A stretch of 64,000 bases of DNA from Treponemataceae bacterium (GTDB taxonomy: Bacteria > Spirochaetota > Spirochaetia > Treponematales > Treponemataceae), in contig OY762953.2 of the NCBI GenBank assembly GCA_963667185.2, positions 1,776,129 through 1,840,128 of the forward strand. Reading direction: 5' to 3'. Shown here piece by piece: positions 8,900 to 18,176 of this stretch. Made by a program: the position numbers and the translations under genes. Numbering within the stretch: position 1 is the first letter of the stretch; the number at the start of each line of letters is the position of its first letter. The notes below the pieces were generated by a model. That model did not search any database and was not told the DNA's origin. It saw only the letters and a list, made by a program, of their open reading frames with translations.

Positions 8900-11026
8900 T
8901 CAGTTTCCTAAGAGCCTTCGGATGAATGCGCCGAGACCGACGCCTTTCTGGGCGGGTTTCTTCGTGCCTTGCGCATTTGAACCCTGTCCGGCGGGACGCT
9001 GGGCTCCCGCGTTTCGGGCGGCCGCTCCCTGATTGGGTCTGCTTGCAGCACCCGGCTTTCCCTGTCCGCCCCGGCCCTGTGCGGGTCTTCCACCGCGCTG
9101 TCCCTGCGTTGGCTGCCGATCTTTTTCTCCGTTGGGCTTCCGCTCACCGTCGGGTTTGCCCGATCTCGGTCGTGCAGTCTCGGGCGCCTGGGTTCCGCGC
9201 GGCCGGTTGTCCGACCTTGGTCGTCCGTCGGCACGGGCTTCGCCGTGTCGGTCGTTCCGCGCGTCGCGGGGCCGTGATGCGTCGCGAACCTTGGTTCCGC
9301 TTTTGGTTATCGATTCGCCGGAAACGACGTGAGCCGCTTCCCGCTGGTTTTCGGCTGCCTTCGCGGCTTCGTCCGAACCGTATTTGTTCTTGTAGTACGC
9401 CATGCGCTCTTCGAAAGAAAGTTTCGAAAGGTCGCGTTCTTCACGCTCCCTTGCGTCATTGCGGGGTCCGCCTCTGCGGCCATCAGGTCGTCCGGAATTC
9501 TCGAATCGTCTTCCGCCTTCGGGCCTTCTGCCATCTTCGTTCCGGCGGCTGTCGCCCGATCGCGGCATGCCTTCGGGTCCGCGCTGGTCGGCGACCGCGC
9601 GCGCGCGGGCGTCGGCGTCAAGCCTGACTTCGCCCGAGCTTGCGGAAGTGCGCTCACCGGTGCGTCCGCGTCCGTCGCGTGAATCGGTTCGTCCTCGTCC
9701 GTCCCGTGAATCGGCTCGTCCGCCGGAAGGCCGTCCGCCGCCTGATCGACTGCCGCCGGAGCGACCGCCCGAGGAGCGGCCGCCGCCTGACCTTGATCCG
9801 CCCGAGCGACCACGGGATCCGCGATCGCCGCCTTCGTCTGAATAGTCGGAATCGTAGCAGTCGGTGCGGATGTACTTGCCCGCGCTTTTGTCGGCGACGA
9901 AGTCGTCTTCGCCGGGAACGCAGCTCGGTACCTTTGCCTCGACGTATTTCTCGATGGCGGGAAGGTTATAGACGTCCTGCTCGGAGCAGAAGGAATAAGC
10001 GGTACCGGTTTTGCCTGCGCGGGCGGTGCGGCCGATGCGGTGCACGTAATTTTCGGCTTCGTTCGGCAGATCGTAGTTGATGACCATCGAAAGGGAATCG
10101 ACGTCGATACCACGCGCGGCGACGTCGGTCGCCACGAGCATCTTGAGCGAGCCTGACTTGAAGGAGTCGATGACCTGGAGTCGTTTCGACTGCGGCAGGT
10201 CGCCGATGATGAAGTCGGCCTCGAAGCCGTTGATCTGGAGCCGCTTCGCGACAACCTCGCTCATGCGTTTGGTGTTGCAAAAGACGATCAGGCTATCGGG
10301 TTTTTCCCGCTCGATAAGACCGAGGAGAAGCCGCATCTTCTGGTCGCTCGATACGTGGAAGAGCATCTGGTCGATTTCGTCGACGGTTACGTTCTCGCAC
10401 TCGATCGTGATTTCCTTCGCCTCGACCGTGTATTCCCAGGCGAGGTTTTTCACCGTCGCGTTGAGCGTCGCGCTGAAGAGCATGGTCTGTCTCTCTTTTG
10501 CGGGAGGGAGTACCTTGATCAGGGTGCGGAGGTCGGGATAGAAACCCATGTCGAACATGCGGTCGGCTTCGTCGATGACGAGGAAGGCAACCTGGGAGAG
10601 GTTCATCTGGCGGGATTCCTGGAGATCGATTACGCGACCCGGGGTTCCGATGATGACGTCGACGCCTTCGTTGAGCAGCTCGACCTGTCGGCCATAGCCG
10701 ACGCCGCCGTAAAAGCTCGCTGACTTGAGCTTCATGCAAGAGCCGAGAATTCTGGCTTCTTCCTCAACCTGGACGGCGAGTTCGCGGGTGGGAACCATGA
10801 TAAGCGCTTTTTTGCCGGAGAGGGCGGGGTCACTGGCGAGCCGCTGAAGGATGGTAACAAGGTAGGCGGCGGTTTTTCCTGTCCCGGTCTGGGACTGGAC
10901 GTAAAGGTCGGCCCCTTCAAGGGCGTTCTGGAGTACCTGTTCCTGGACAGGCATGCAGGTAATGTAGCCTGCTTCGGCGAGTCCTTCCTGGAGGCCCGCG
11001 TCGAGGGTAAAATCGGTAAATTTCAT
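8900..11026 (-). CDS. DEAD-box RNA helicase with ~320-aa Arg/Gly/Ser/Asp-rich C-terminal tail
   Basis: Q motif, Walker A (SQTGTGKT), DEAD (VIDEADRM), SAT, and HRIGRTARAG motif VI. The tail holds RGG/SRDGRGRT repeats. Confidence 0.9.
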   Translation of the reverse strand: MKFTDFTLDAGLQEGLAEAGYITCMPVQEQVLQNALEGADLYVQSQTGTGKTAAYLVTILQRLASDPALSGKKALIMVPTRELAVQVEEEARILGSCMKLKSASFYGGVGYGRQVELLNEGVDVIIGTPGRVIDLQESRQMNLSQVAFLVIDEADRMFDMGFYPDLRTLIKVLPPAKERQTMLFSATLNATVKNLAWEYTVEAKEITIECENVTVDEIDQMLFHVSSDQKMRLLLGLIEREKPDSLIVFCNTKRMSEVVAKRLQINGFEADFIIGDLPQSKRLQVIDSFKSGSLKMLVATDVAARGIDVDSLSMVINYDLPNEAENYVHRIGRTARAGKTGTAYSFCSEQDVYNLPAIEKYVEAKVPSCVPGEDDFVADKSAGKYIRTDCYDSDYSDEGGDRGSRGRSGGSRSGGGRSSGGRSGGSRSGGGRPSGGRADSRDGRGRTDSRDGRGRTGERTSASSGEVRLDADARARAVADQRGPEGMPRSGDSRRNEDGRRPEGGRRFENSGRPDGRRGGPRNDAREREERDLSKLSFEERMAYYKNKYGSDEAAKAAENQREAAHVVSGESITKSGTKVRDASRPRDARNDRHGEARADGRPRSDNRPRGTQAPETARPRSGKPDGERKPNGEKDRQPTQGQRGGRPAQGRGGQGKPGAASRPNQGAAARNAGAQRPAGQGSNAQGTKKPAQKGVGLGAFIRRLLGN
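9669..9722 (-). repeat. 27-bp tandem repeat x2 inside the helicase tail (encodes DSRDGRGRT twice)
   Basis: CGTCCGTCGCGTGAATCGGTTCGTCCT / CGTCCGTCCCGTGAATCGGCTCGTCCG (3 mismatches). Confidence 0.85.
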
Positions 11027-11034
11027 GTTTTAAA

Positions 11035-11043
11035 ACTATACCA
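11035..11043 (-). promoter_or_regulatory. extended -10 TGgTATAGT, 8 nt before helicase ATG 11026 (leaderless layout)
   Basis: Minus-strand TGG 11043-11041, TATAGT 11040-11035. Weak -35. Confidence 0.45.
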
Positions 11044-11077
11044 CAAATGGAATTTTATGAATAGTGAAGGGATCAGG

Positions 11078-11107
11078 ATTAGTATACCTACCGGTAGGTA
11101 TACTAAT
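11078..11107. repeat. 30-bp perfect palindrome ATTAGTATACCTACC|GGTAGGTATACTAAT between the rlpA stop and the helicase promoter
   Basis: Read directly. No T-tract on either side. Confidence 0.9.
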
Positions 11108-11119
11108 TCCTTTTTACGC

Positions 11120-11959
11120 TCATTCCTCCCGCACGAGATACGGGCCATATCCGGCAGAATCGAGCTTGTTTTTGAGGACGGGCAGACTGTTTGCCGGAAT
11201 CCCCGCGAGAACTACCCGAATCATCGTACCGTTCCGCTCGAAGGCTGGATTGAAACCGTCCTTGATGAGCTGGGCCGAAAGGCGGGTCGCGTTTTCTTCT
11301 TTATAAAAGCTTCCGAGCTGGATTCGCCACTGTCCGCTCATTTGTTGCGGTGCCGCTTGACCGGCGGGAGCAGTCGTTGCAAGAGCTGTTGTCACCGTGG
11401 GTGCCGCAGTCGCTACGGGTGTTGCGGGTGTCGTAGTTGCTGCAGTCGCCGCAGTTGCGGAAGCCACTTGCGTGCCGTCTGCCGGTGCAAGAGTATCGGA
11501 CCCGGATCCTCCGATGCGCCTGATCGAAACCCGCGCCGTGCCGGTTGAAACCATACCGAGCTCGTAGGCCGCAGCTTTCGAGACATCGAGTTCGCGTCCT
11601 GCGACGAAGGGTCCGCGGTCATTGACCCGGACCACCGATTTGCGTCCGTTTTCGAGATTTGTCACTTCGAGCATGGTGCCGAACGGGAGCGTCTTGTGCG
11701 CGGCAGTGAGTGCGTTCATGTCGAAAATTTCCCCGGAGGACGTGGGGCGTCCCTGAAATTCCTCGCCGTAATACGAGGCAACCGCCTCGAGCTTGATAAT
11801 CTCGCTTTCGGCGGCGAGCGGAAATGAGAGGAGGGCGAAACAAATGATGCTTATCATCAAGGCCCCGCGTTGTATCAGTCGATGATCGCGGCTGGCAGAG
11901 CCTTCGCGCGCCGTGCGGGTCTTTCTATCGTCATTCTGCAGGGAAAAGTGGGAAATCAT
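11120..11959 (-). CDS. rlpA: RlpA-family lytic transglycosylase (DPBB domain) with C-terminal SPOR domain
   Basis: ASYYGEEFQGRPTSSGEIFD...VRVNDRGPF DPBB signature. C-terminal WRIQLGSFYKEENATRL... is SPOR-like. GGAGGA 7 nt upstream of ATG 11959. Confidence 0.8.
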   Translation of the reverse strand: MISHFSLQNDDRKTRTAREGSASRDHRLIQRGALMISIICFALLSFPLAAESEIIKLEAVASYYGEEFQGRPTSSGEIFDMNALTAAHKTLPFGTMLEVTNLENGRKSVVRVNDRGPFVAGRELDVSKAAAYELGMVSTGTARVSIRRIGGSGSDTLAPADGTQVASATAATAATTTPATPVATAAPTVTTALATTAPAGQAAPQQMSGQWRIQLGSFYKEENATRLSAQLIKDGFNPAFERNGTMIRVVLAGIPANSLPVLKNKLDSAGYGPYLVREE

Positions 11960-12084
11960 CAGTAATCCTCCGATCGTTTGGTAATATTATCGGAGTCGGA
12001 GCAGGGACCCTTGAGGGAGAAAGCCTTGAGTGACCGCTAATGCGCGCCAAAACGACGAAAACCGTTTATTTGTCGCGCAAGTTA

Positions 12085-12093
12085 TGCTATACT
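12085..12093 (+). promoter_or_regulatory. extended -10 TGcTATACT, 8 nt before SDR ATG 12102 (leaderless layout)
   Basis: TGc 12085-12087, TATACT 12088-12093. Confidence 0.45.
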
Positions 12094-12101
12094 GCCAATC
12101 T

Positions 12102-12911
12102 ATGAAAAAGCTTGACGGAAAAGTTGCCCTCATTACCGGCGGGGCAAGCGGCATTGGCCGGCTCGTTGCCGAGAAGCTCGCTTCACGCGGCGCCCGTGTC
12201 ATCGTCTGGGACCTCAATCCCGCATCGATCGAAAAACTCGAAAAAGAATCGGCGGTCTCATCGCTTTCGATCACCGGAATGGTCTGCGACGTTACTGATC
12301 GCGAGACAGTCTACCGGCTTGCGCGAGAGGTCGAATCGACCGTCGGTCCCGTCGAGATTCTCGTCAACAACGCCGGCGTCGTGTCGGGAAAAACCCTTCT
12401 CGAGACCCCGGACGAAAAAATCATCAAGACGATGGAAGTGAACGTCCTCGCGAATTGCTGGACCGTCAAAGCCTTTCTTCCCGGGATGCTCGAGCGTAAT
12501 TCGGGACACCTCGTCACGATCGCTTCCGCAGCGGGCCTCGTCGGCGTGACCGGTCTTGCCGACTACTCCGCGAGCAAGTTTGCCGCCTTCGGTTTTCACG
12601 AGGCTGTCCGCATGGAGATCCGCCGCCTGCGCAAAAAAATCCGCACCACCGTCGTGTGTCCCTTCTTCATCGACACCGGGATGTTCGCCGGTGTGCGCAC
12701 GCGGTTCCCGCTCCTTCTTCCGATCCTGAAACCCGAGTACGCCGCCAGTCGCATCGTCCGCGCGATTGCGCGGGGCAAAAAGAGACTCATCATGCCGCGG
12801 TTCGTGTACTCGGTATTTCTGCTCCGCCTCTTGCCCGTCTCCGTCATGGACTTCGCCGCCGACTTCTTCGGCATGTCGCGCGCGATGGATCATTTTACCG
12901 GAAGAAATTGA
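12102..12911 (+). CDS. short-chain dehydrogenase/reductase (SDR)
   Basis: TGGASGIG Rossmann motif, NNAG, and catalytic YSASK. Start trimmed to ATG 12102 (MKKLDGKVALITGG). Confidence 0.85.
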   Translation: MKKLDGKVALITGGASGIGRLVAEKLASRGARVIVWDLNPASIEKLEKESAVSSLSITGMVCDVTDRETVYRLAREVESTVGPVEILVNNAGVVSGKTLLETPDEKIIKTMEVNVLANCWTVKAFLPGMLERNSGHLVTIASAAGLVGVTGLADYSASKFAAFGFHEAVRMEIRRLRKKIRTTVVCPFFIDTGMFAGVRTRFPLLLPILKPEYAASRIVRAIARGKKRLIMPRFVYSVFLLRLLPVSVMDFAADFFGMSRAMDHFTGRN

Positions 12912-12915
12912 TTCT

Positions 12916-14205
12916 TTATTTCAGGGTGCCGTCGGCCTGTCTGACGAAAACCCGCTTTGCCTTTCCTTCCTGACGGGGGAGGGCACCGGGGGCGAAGACG
13001 TCGCCTTTCGGCGAGAAGCCGAGCGTTTCCTTCAGCACTTTCTCGACCATAAAGCCGGTCACGCCGGGCTCTGCCTCGACGTTGATGCGCACGTCCATCA
13101 CGTCGTTCGTTTCTTCGAGGATGATCTGGTAATTGTTGAGCACGCCGGGAATCGACATGAGGGCCTGCTCAACCTGGCTCGGGAAAAAGTTGACGCCCTT
13201 GACGATGAGCATGTCGTCGACGCGGCCCATGATCTGCGCGATCTTGAGATGAGTTCTTCCGCACGCGCACGTTTCGCGGCTCGTGATTTTCGAAAGGTCT
13301 CCGGTGCGAAAGCGGATGACGGGAAGGGCTTCGCGGGTAAGCGCGGTAATCGTGAGCTCGCCGATCTCGCCGTCAGCTACGGGCTGGTGCGTGTCGCGGT
13401 CGAGAATTTCCACGATGTAATGGTCTTCCCACACGTGGATGCCGTCATGCGCCGAGCAGTCCTGCCCGAGCGTTCCGACGCCGCCGGTTTCGGTCATGCC
13501 GTAAATATCGAAGACCTCGATGCCGAGGCCGTCGGTGAGTTTTTTCTTCATCGCGTCGGAGAACGCTTCCGCTCCGAAGATGCCGATCTTGAGGTCGGGC
13601 AGTTTTGCCTTCGCTTCGGCGAGCTCTTCCATCAGGCGCACGCCGTACGAGACGACGCCGGTAAAGACGTTCGTTCCGAAATCGAGCGCGAGCTTGATCT
13701 GGCGCGCGGTGTTGCCGGCTCCCGTCGGTACGACGAAAAGGCCATACTTCCTCGCTCCGTGATACATGCCGAACCCGCCGTTAAAGAGGCCGAAGGACGG
13801 GGTGATCTGGACGACGTCGGTCGGCTTTGCGCCCGCCATCGCGTAGCAGCGCGCCATGCACGACGCCCACTGGTCGAGGTCGCCCTGCGTGTACGGCATC
13901 ACGACCGGGGTTCCCGTCGAGCCTGACGACATGTGCATCTCGACGATCTTTTTTTTGTCCACGCACATGAGGCCCATCGGGTAGGTGTCGCGGAAAACTG
14001 TTTTGTTGATGGTCGGGAATTTCGCGAGATCGGAAAGCGACCTCAGATCCGCGGGTTTGACTCCGGCCTCGTCGAAGGCCTTCCGGTACGCGGGGTTTTT
14101 TGCATAGACTCGCGCGAGGGTTTTTTTCAGCCGCGCGAGCTGGAGCGCTTCGAGCTTGGCTCTGCCCATCGTTTCGAGTTTCTTTTCATAAAAAAGATTT
14201 GCCAT
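12916..14205 (-). CDS. paaK: phenylacetate-CoA ligase family (aryl-acetate/indoleacetate-CoA ligase)
   Basis: 429 aa. PaaK-type N-terminus (LE.MGRAKLEALQL.RLK.TL) and AMP-binding core SSGSTGTP. Directly downstream of iorB (1-nt gap). Confidence 0.8.
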   Translation of the reverse strand: MANLFYEKKLETMGRAKLEALQLARLKKTLARVYAKNPAYRKAFDEAGVKPADLRSLSDLAKFPTINKTVFRDTYPMGLMCVDKKKIVEMHMSSGSTGTPVVMPYTQGDLDQWASCMARCYAMAGAKPTDVVQITPSFGLFNGGFGMYHGARKYGLFVVPTGAGNTARQIKLALDFGTNVFTGVVSYGVRLMEELAEAKAKLPDLKIGIFGAEAFSDAMKKKLTDGLGIEVFDIYGMTETGGVGTLGQDCSAHDGIHVWEDHYIVEILDRDTHQPVADGEIGELTITALTREALPVIRFRTGDLSKITSRETCACGRTHLKIAQIMGRVDDMLIVKGVNFFPSQVEQALMSIPGVLNNYQIILEETNDVMDVRINVEAEPGVTGFMVEKVLKETLGFSPKGDVFAPGALPRQEGKAKRVFVRQADGTLK

Positions 14206-14206
14206 T

Positions 14207-14782
14207 TTAAATTTCTCCTCCGGCCTTGAAGGCGCGTATGTTCAGATCACGGTGCTTTTCGGGGACGCACGCCTCGACGGCGCCTTCCCAGTTTTCGGCG
14301 AGTGCGCCCATCGCGCGCGAGGCCGCTCCGAGCGTGACGACGTTCGCCGCCTTCGCGTTTCCCGCTTCGTGGGCTACGGCAAGCGCATCCACGAGGAGGA
14401 GATTCGGGAATGCGCGCGCGAGACGCGCTTCCATGTCAGCCGGGTATTTTGCCTTCCCGGAAGAAACCGTTACCGGGATGATTCGCTGCGTGGAGACGAC
14501 GGCGAGTCCGCCTTTCCGCAAAAAGTGCGCGTAGCGGAGCGCCTCCGATTCTTCGAGCGCGATGATCACGTCCGCGGTTCCTTCCCACACGAGCGGGCTA
14601 AAGACCTTTGTCCCGTAGCGAACCTGCGCGAGCACCGAACCGCCGCGCTGCGCCATGCCGTGCACTTCGTTCGTTTTCACATCGAAGCCTGCTCTGATGG
14701 CGGCCTCGGCGATGATCGTGCTCACGAGGAGCGCTCCCTGTCCGCCGACGCCGACGATGAGAATATTGGTAACGTCGCTCAT
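14207..14782 (-). CDS. iorB: indolepyruvate:ferredoxin oxidoreductase beta subunit
   Basis: ILIVGVGGQGALL...NEVHGMAQRGGSV motif. Start trimmed to MSDVTN, overlapping the iorA stop as ATGA. Confidence 0.85.
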   Translation of the reverse strand: MSDVTNILIVGVGGQGALLVSTIIAEAAIRAGFDVKTNEVHGMAQRGGSVLAQVRYGTKVFSPLVWEGTADVIIALEESEALRYAHFLRKGGLAVVSTQRIIPVTVSSGKAKYPADMEARLARAFPNLLLVDALAVAHEAGNAKAANVVTLGAASRAMGALAENWEGAVEACVPEKHRDLNIRAFKAGGEI

Positions 14783-16578
14783 TTCGCCGCCTCCGTTGCG
14801 CCGCCGATTGGCGCGATGGCGCCGAAGGCGCACGTTTGCTGGCAGAGATTGCATCCGGCGCATATCTCCGCGTTGATCGCGGGTTTTTGGCCCTTTTCGG
14901 TTACTTCAATGGCGGGACAGCCGAGCTTGACGCAGGCGAGGCAGCTCTTGCATTTCCCCTGGTCGATCACGCGTTGCGCGCTCACCGGTTTTTTTGTCCG
15001 CAAGGGGCACGGCGCGCGGGTGACAATGAGGGACGTTTCATCCGACGCGAGCGCCTCGGCGACCGCCTTCTCGGTTTCTTTCAGGTTGTAGGGATTTACG
15101 GTCGTGACGCGTTTCATTCCGCAAGCCCGTCCTACTTCCTCGATGGAGACGGCGGTGGTCGCTTCTCCCATGAGCGTCGTTCCCGTTCCCGGGTGATCCT
15201 GATGGCCGGTCATAGCGGTCGTGCGGTTATCGAGCACGACGAGCACGCTCTTTCCCTTGTTGTACACGACGTCGAGGAGTCCGGTGATGCCCGAATGGAA
15301 AAAGGTCGAATCGCCGACCACGCCGACGACTCTCCGCTTTTCTCCCGACTTGTCGATTCCTTGCGCGACGGAAAAACCGCCGCCCATGCACAGGATTGTG
15401 TCGGTGCGCGAAAGGGGCGGGAAGACGGCGAGGCTGTAACAGCCGATGTCTCCCGTGACGATGACATCATGCTTGGTGAGCGCGAAGAAAAGTCCGCGGT
15501 GCGGGCATCCCGGGCAGAGTACCGGCGGCCTCGCGGGTAAGTCCGCAGCTTCGATTGAGGGCGCGGGAATCTCATAGGGCTCGCTTGTTTTCGACTGCAT
15601 GCCTGCCTGCGATTCTGCGAGGCGATCGCGGAGCGCGAGCAGTTTCGGGACCGACAGTTCTCCGACGCCGGAAATCATGTCGCGGCCGACGCAGGCGATG
15701 CCCATTGCGCGCACATGCTCTTCGAGAATTTCTTCGTTCTCCTCGATGACGACGAGCCGGTCTACGGACGACGCGAACTTTTTGATCAGTGCGTCGGGAT
15801 AGGGCCACGCGAAGCCGAGCTTGAGAACGGAGGCTTCGGGGAATACTTCCCGTACGTATCCGTACGCGAGTCCTTCGGCGATGATGCCGAGTTTTGTGTC
15901 GCCCGGTTCGATCCGGTTGAGCGGGCTTGTCTCCGCTTCGGTGCGAAGGTTTTCGAGTCTTGTTTCGACTTTTTTTCGCATTTCGCGGCCCCATACGGGG
16001 AGGGGGCAAAAGCGCGCGGGGTTTCGCTCGAAGTTCGCCGCATTCGGCGCGATGCGCTCACCCGTTTCGACGAGGCTCCGTGAATGACTCACGCGCGTGG
16101 TCAGGCGGATCATCACCGCGGTTTTGTATTTTTCGGAAAGCTCGAAGCCGTACCGCATAAAGCGGAGCGCCTCGTCGGAATCGGCGGGCTCGAGAACGGG
16201 GATCTTCGCGAAGCGCGCGAAGTGCCGGGAGTCCTGCTCGTTTTGCGAGGAATGCTGGCCCGGGTCGTCGGCGACGCAGATGAGCATGCCGCCTTCGCTT
16301 CCGACGTAGGAAAGGGTCATCAGGGGATCGGCGGCGACGTTGAGGCCGACGTGCTTCATCGTCACGATGGTGCGCGCTCCCGCGTACGACGCGCCGGTCG
16401 CGGCCTCGAAGGCGACTTTTTCGTTCGGCGACCACTCGAGGTAGACGTCATTTTTGCGCTTGGCGAGATTTTCGAGAATCTCGGTGGAAGGCGTTCCGGG
16501 ATAACCGAACGCGGCGCTCACGCCTGCTTCCCAGGCGCCGCGCGCGACGGCTTCGTTGCCGGTCAGGAGAGTTTTCAT
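14779..16578 (-). CDS. iorA: indolepyruvate:ferredoxin oxidoreductase alpha subunit
   Basis: 599 aa. N-terminus LLTGNEAVARGAWEAGV..GYPGTPSTEI, a TPP domain, and two C-terminal 4Fe-4S motifs (CKSCLACVKLGCP, CAGCNLCQQTC). Confidence 0.9.
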   Translation of the reverse strand: MKTLLTGNEAVARGAWEAGVSAAFGYPGTPSTEILENLAKRKNDVYLEWSPNEKVAFEAATGASYAGARTIVTMKHVGLNVAADPLMTLSYVGSEGGMLICVADDPGQHSSQNEQDSRHFARFAKIPVLEPADSDEALRFMRYGFELSEKYKTAVMIRLTTRVSHSRSLVETGERIAPNAANFERNPARFCPLPVWGREMRKKVETRLENLRTEAETSPLNRIEPGDTKLGIIAEGLAYGYVREVFPEASVLKLGFAWPYPDALIKKFASSVDRLVVIEENEEILEEHVRAMGIACVGRDMISGVGELSVPKLLALRDRLAESQAGMQSKTSEPYEIPAPSIEAADLPARPPVLCPGCPHRGLFFALTKHDVIVTGDIGCYSLAVFPPLSRTDTILCMGGGFSVAQGIDKSGEKRRVVGVVGDSTFFHSGITGLLDVVYNKGKSVLVVLDNRTTAMTGHQDHPGTGTTLMGEATTAVSIEEVGRACGMKRVTTVNPYNLKETEKAVAEALASDETSLIVTRAPCPLRTKKPVSAQRVIDQGKCKSCLACVKLGCPAIEVTEKGQKPAINAEICAGCNLCQQTCAFGAIAPIGGATEAAK

Positions 16579-16596
16579 GATGGAACCTAAAACCTT

Positions 16597-17361
16597 TTAA
16601 AGTAAGACTTTATCCGTCAACACGATCGCCGTCAGGAGCGCGAGGCACAGGACGAGCGGAATGAAATCCCCGGCAACGGGCTTGATCCTTTTCGGTCGCA
16701 CGGTGCTCCTCGGATCAAAGCCGCGGGTTTCAATCGACAGCGCAAGGGTGTCGACGTCGCGGGCGCAGGAGACAAGGAGGGGGAGCGAGAGCCGTAAGGT
16801 CATGCCGATTTTCCGGAACGGGTTTCCGGTCTCGGTATTGTAACCCCGGGAGGCCTCCGCCTGCAAGACCATTCGCATGCGGTCGCCGAAGGTCGGGATA
16901 AAGCGGAGCGCGGTGACGAGCATGATCGAGTATGCGCCGGGAAGCCGGAAGTCGCCCGAGATGAGAGAGACGACTTGCGTCTGGCTCGTGAGGCTGAGCA
17001 TGAGCGGGATCGACGCGACGGATGCCATCATGCGGAGCGAGAGGACGAGGCAGCTTTGAAGCCCGACGTCGGTGACGGCTCCCGCCTTCCAGAACGGGAA
17101 GAGATAGAAGATGACCGTGCCGTCCGGAATCGTGAAGATCTGGAAGAGGCACAGGGTAAGCGCGCCGAACAGAAGCGCGAGGATCGTCACGCGGAAGGCG
17201 CGGAAGACGCCCGTGAGCGCCGCGATGAGTCCTTCAAACGCGATGACGAGCGCGATGAGCGCGAGGTTTTCGGTGAGGTAGGTTGCGGCGATAAAGCCCA
17301 TCATGAGGGTGAACTTCAGGAGCGGCGCCATGAGGCGCGGGTGACGGAAAAGCGGCGTCAT
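16597..17361 (-). CDS. ecfT: ECF transporter transmembrane (T) component
   Basis: ORF 16597..17532 trimmed to MTPLF (ATGA overlap with the upstream ATPase). CbiQ/EcfT-like polytopic protein with C-terminal ARG..ETRGF coupling motifs. Confidence 0.8.
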   Translation of the reverse strand: MTPLFRHPRLMAPLLKFTLMMGFIAATYLTENLALIALVIAFEGLIAALTGVFRAFRVTILALLFGALTLCLFQIFTIPDGTVIFYLFPFWKAGAVTDVGLQSCLVLSLRMMASVASIPLMLSLTSQTQVVSLISGDFRLPGAYSIMLVTALRFIPTFGDRMRMVLQAEASRGYNTETGNPFRKIGMTLRLSLPLLVSCARDVDTLALSIETRGFDPRSTVRPKRIKPVAGDFIPLVLCLALLTAIVLTDKVLL

Positions 17362-18176
17362 CTCGAGGCCTCCGAAAAAGCGGATTCGATATGGTCGGCG
17401 AGGGCCGCGACCGAGAGCATTTTCCCCGCGTGGGAAAAACCGAGTCTGTCGGCGATACGGTAAACTCCCGGACGCGAGAGCGCGGCGTGCGAGAGGAGTT
17501 CGGTGTCGTCGAAAAGTTCGGAAGGAGCGCAATCGCGGACGATGCGGCCCTTGATGAGGGTGAGCACGCGGGTCGCGTATTTGGCGACGAGTTCCATGTC
17601 ATGGCTCACGAGAATGACGGTCTTGCCCTCACGCGTGAGGCCTTTCGCGATCTCCATGATGCGCGTCGTTCCCGCGTCGTCCTGCGCGCTCGTCGGTTCG
17701 TCGAGTACGAGAATTTCGGGGCCGGTGGCGAGCACCGAGGCGAGCGCGACGCGCTGGCGCTTCGAACGGGTGAGGAGCAGCGGGTCTTCGTCGAGCTTGC
17801 TTGAAAGTCCGGTAAGGCTTGCCGCGCTTTCGGTCCGCGCGTCCCACTCTTCCTTCGGCACGCCGCAGTGCTTGAGGCCGAAGCGTATTTCCTCGCGCAC
17901 GGTCGCGCAGAGTATTTGCTGATCAGGATTCTGGAAGAGAAAGCCCACGCGGCGCGCGAGCTCGCTCGTTTTTGTTTTTTTCGTGTCGGCGCCGGCGATT
18001 TCCACGGTGCCTTCAGTCGGTTTTAACAGTCCGTTAAGGTGTTTGAGGAGCGTCGTCTTTCCGGCGCCGTTCGGTCCGACGAGGGCGATGAACTCGCCTT
18101 CGCGGATATGAGCGGAGACTCCGTGGAGGATTTCCGTTTTTCTGATCGAGGCCGAAAGGCCCGTAATGCGGATCAT
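17358..18176 (-). CDS. ecfA: ECF transporter ATPase (second A component)
   Basis: Walker A GPNGAGKTT, signature SKRQRVALA-type region, Walker B VLDEPTSAQD. 4-nt overlaps with genes on both sides. Confidence 0.85.
   Translation of the reverse strand: MIRITGLSASIRKTEILHGVSAHIREGEFIALVGPNGAGKTTLLKHLNGLLKPTEGTVEIAGADTKKTKTSELARRVGFLFQNPDQQILCATVREEIRFGLKHCGVPKEEWDARTESAASLTGLSSKLDEDPLLLTRSKRQRVALASVLATGPEILVLDEPTSAQDDAGTTRIMEIAKGLTREGKTVILVSHDMELVAKYATRVLTLIKGRIVRDCAPSELFDDTELLSHAALSRPGVYRIADRLGFSHAGKMLSVAALADHIESAFSEASR

Noticed and set aside
8900-9900. Repetitive DNA in the helicase tail as a possible CRISPR or VNTR array.
   Set aside because: The repeats are in-frame coding low-complexity sequence (RGG/SRDGRGRT), irregular in length and spacing. 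They have no spacer structure and no cas genes nearby.
12766-13926. Long antisense ORFs opposite well-supported genes. Examples: 12766..13926 (386 aa, opposite paaK), 33049..34173 and 34187..35311 (374 aa each), 41576..42925 (449 aa, opposite lon), 50837..51964 (375 aa, opposite alpha-2-macroglobulin), 56290..57510 (406 aa, opposite fusA), and many shorter ones.
   Set aside because: These are typical shadow ORFs of GC-rich coding DNA. Their translations are Arg/Ala/Gly/Val-rich low-complexity sequences with no motifs, SDs or promoters. The opposite strand carries strong family signatures in every case.
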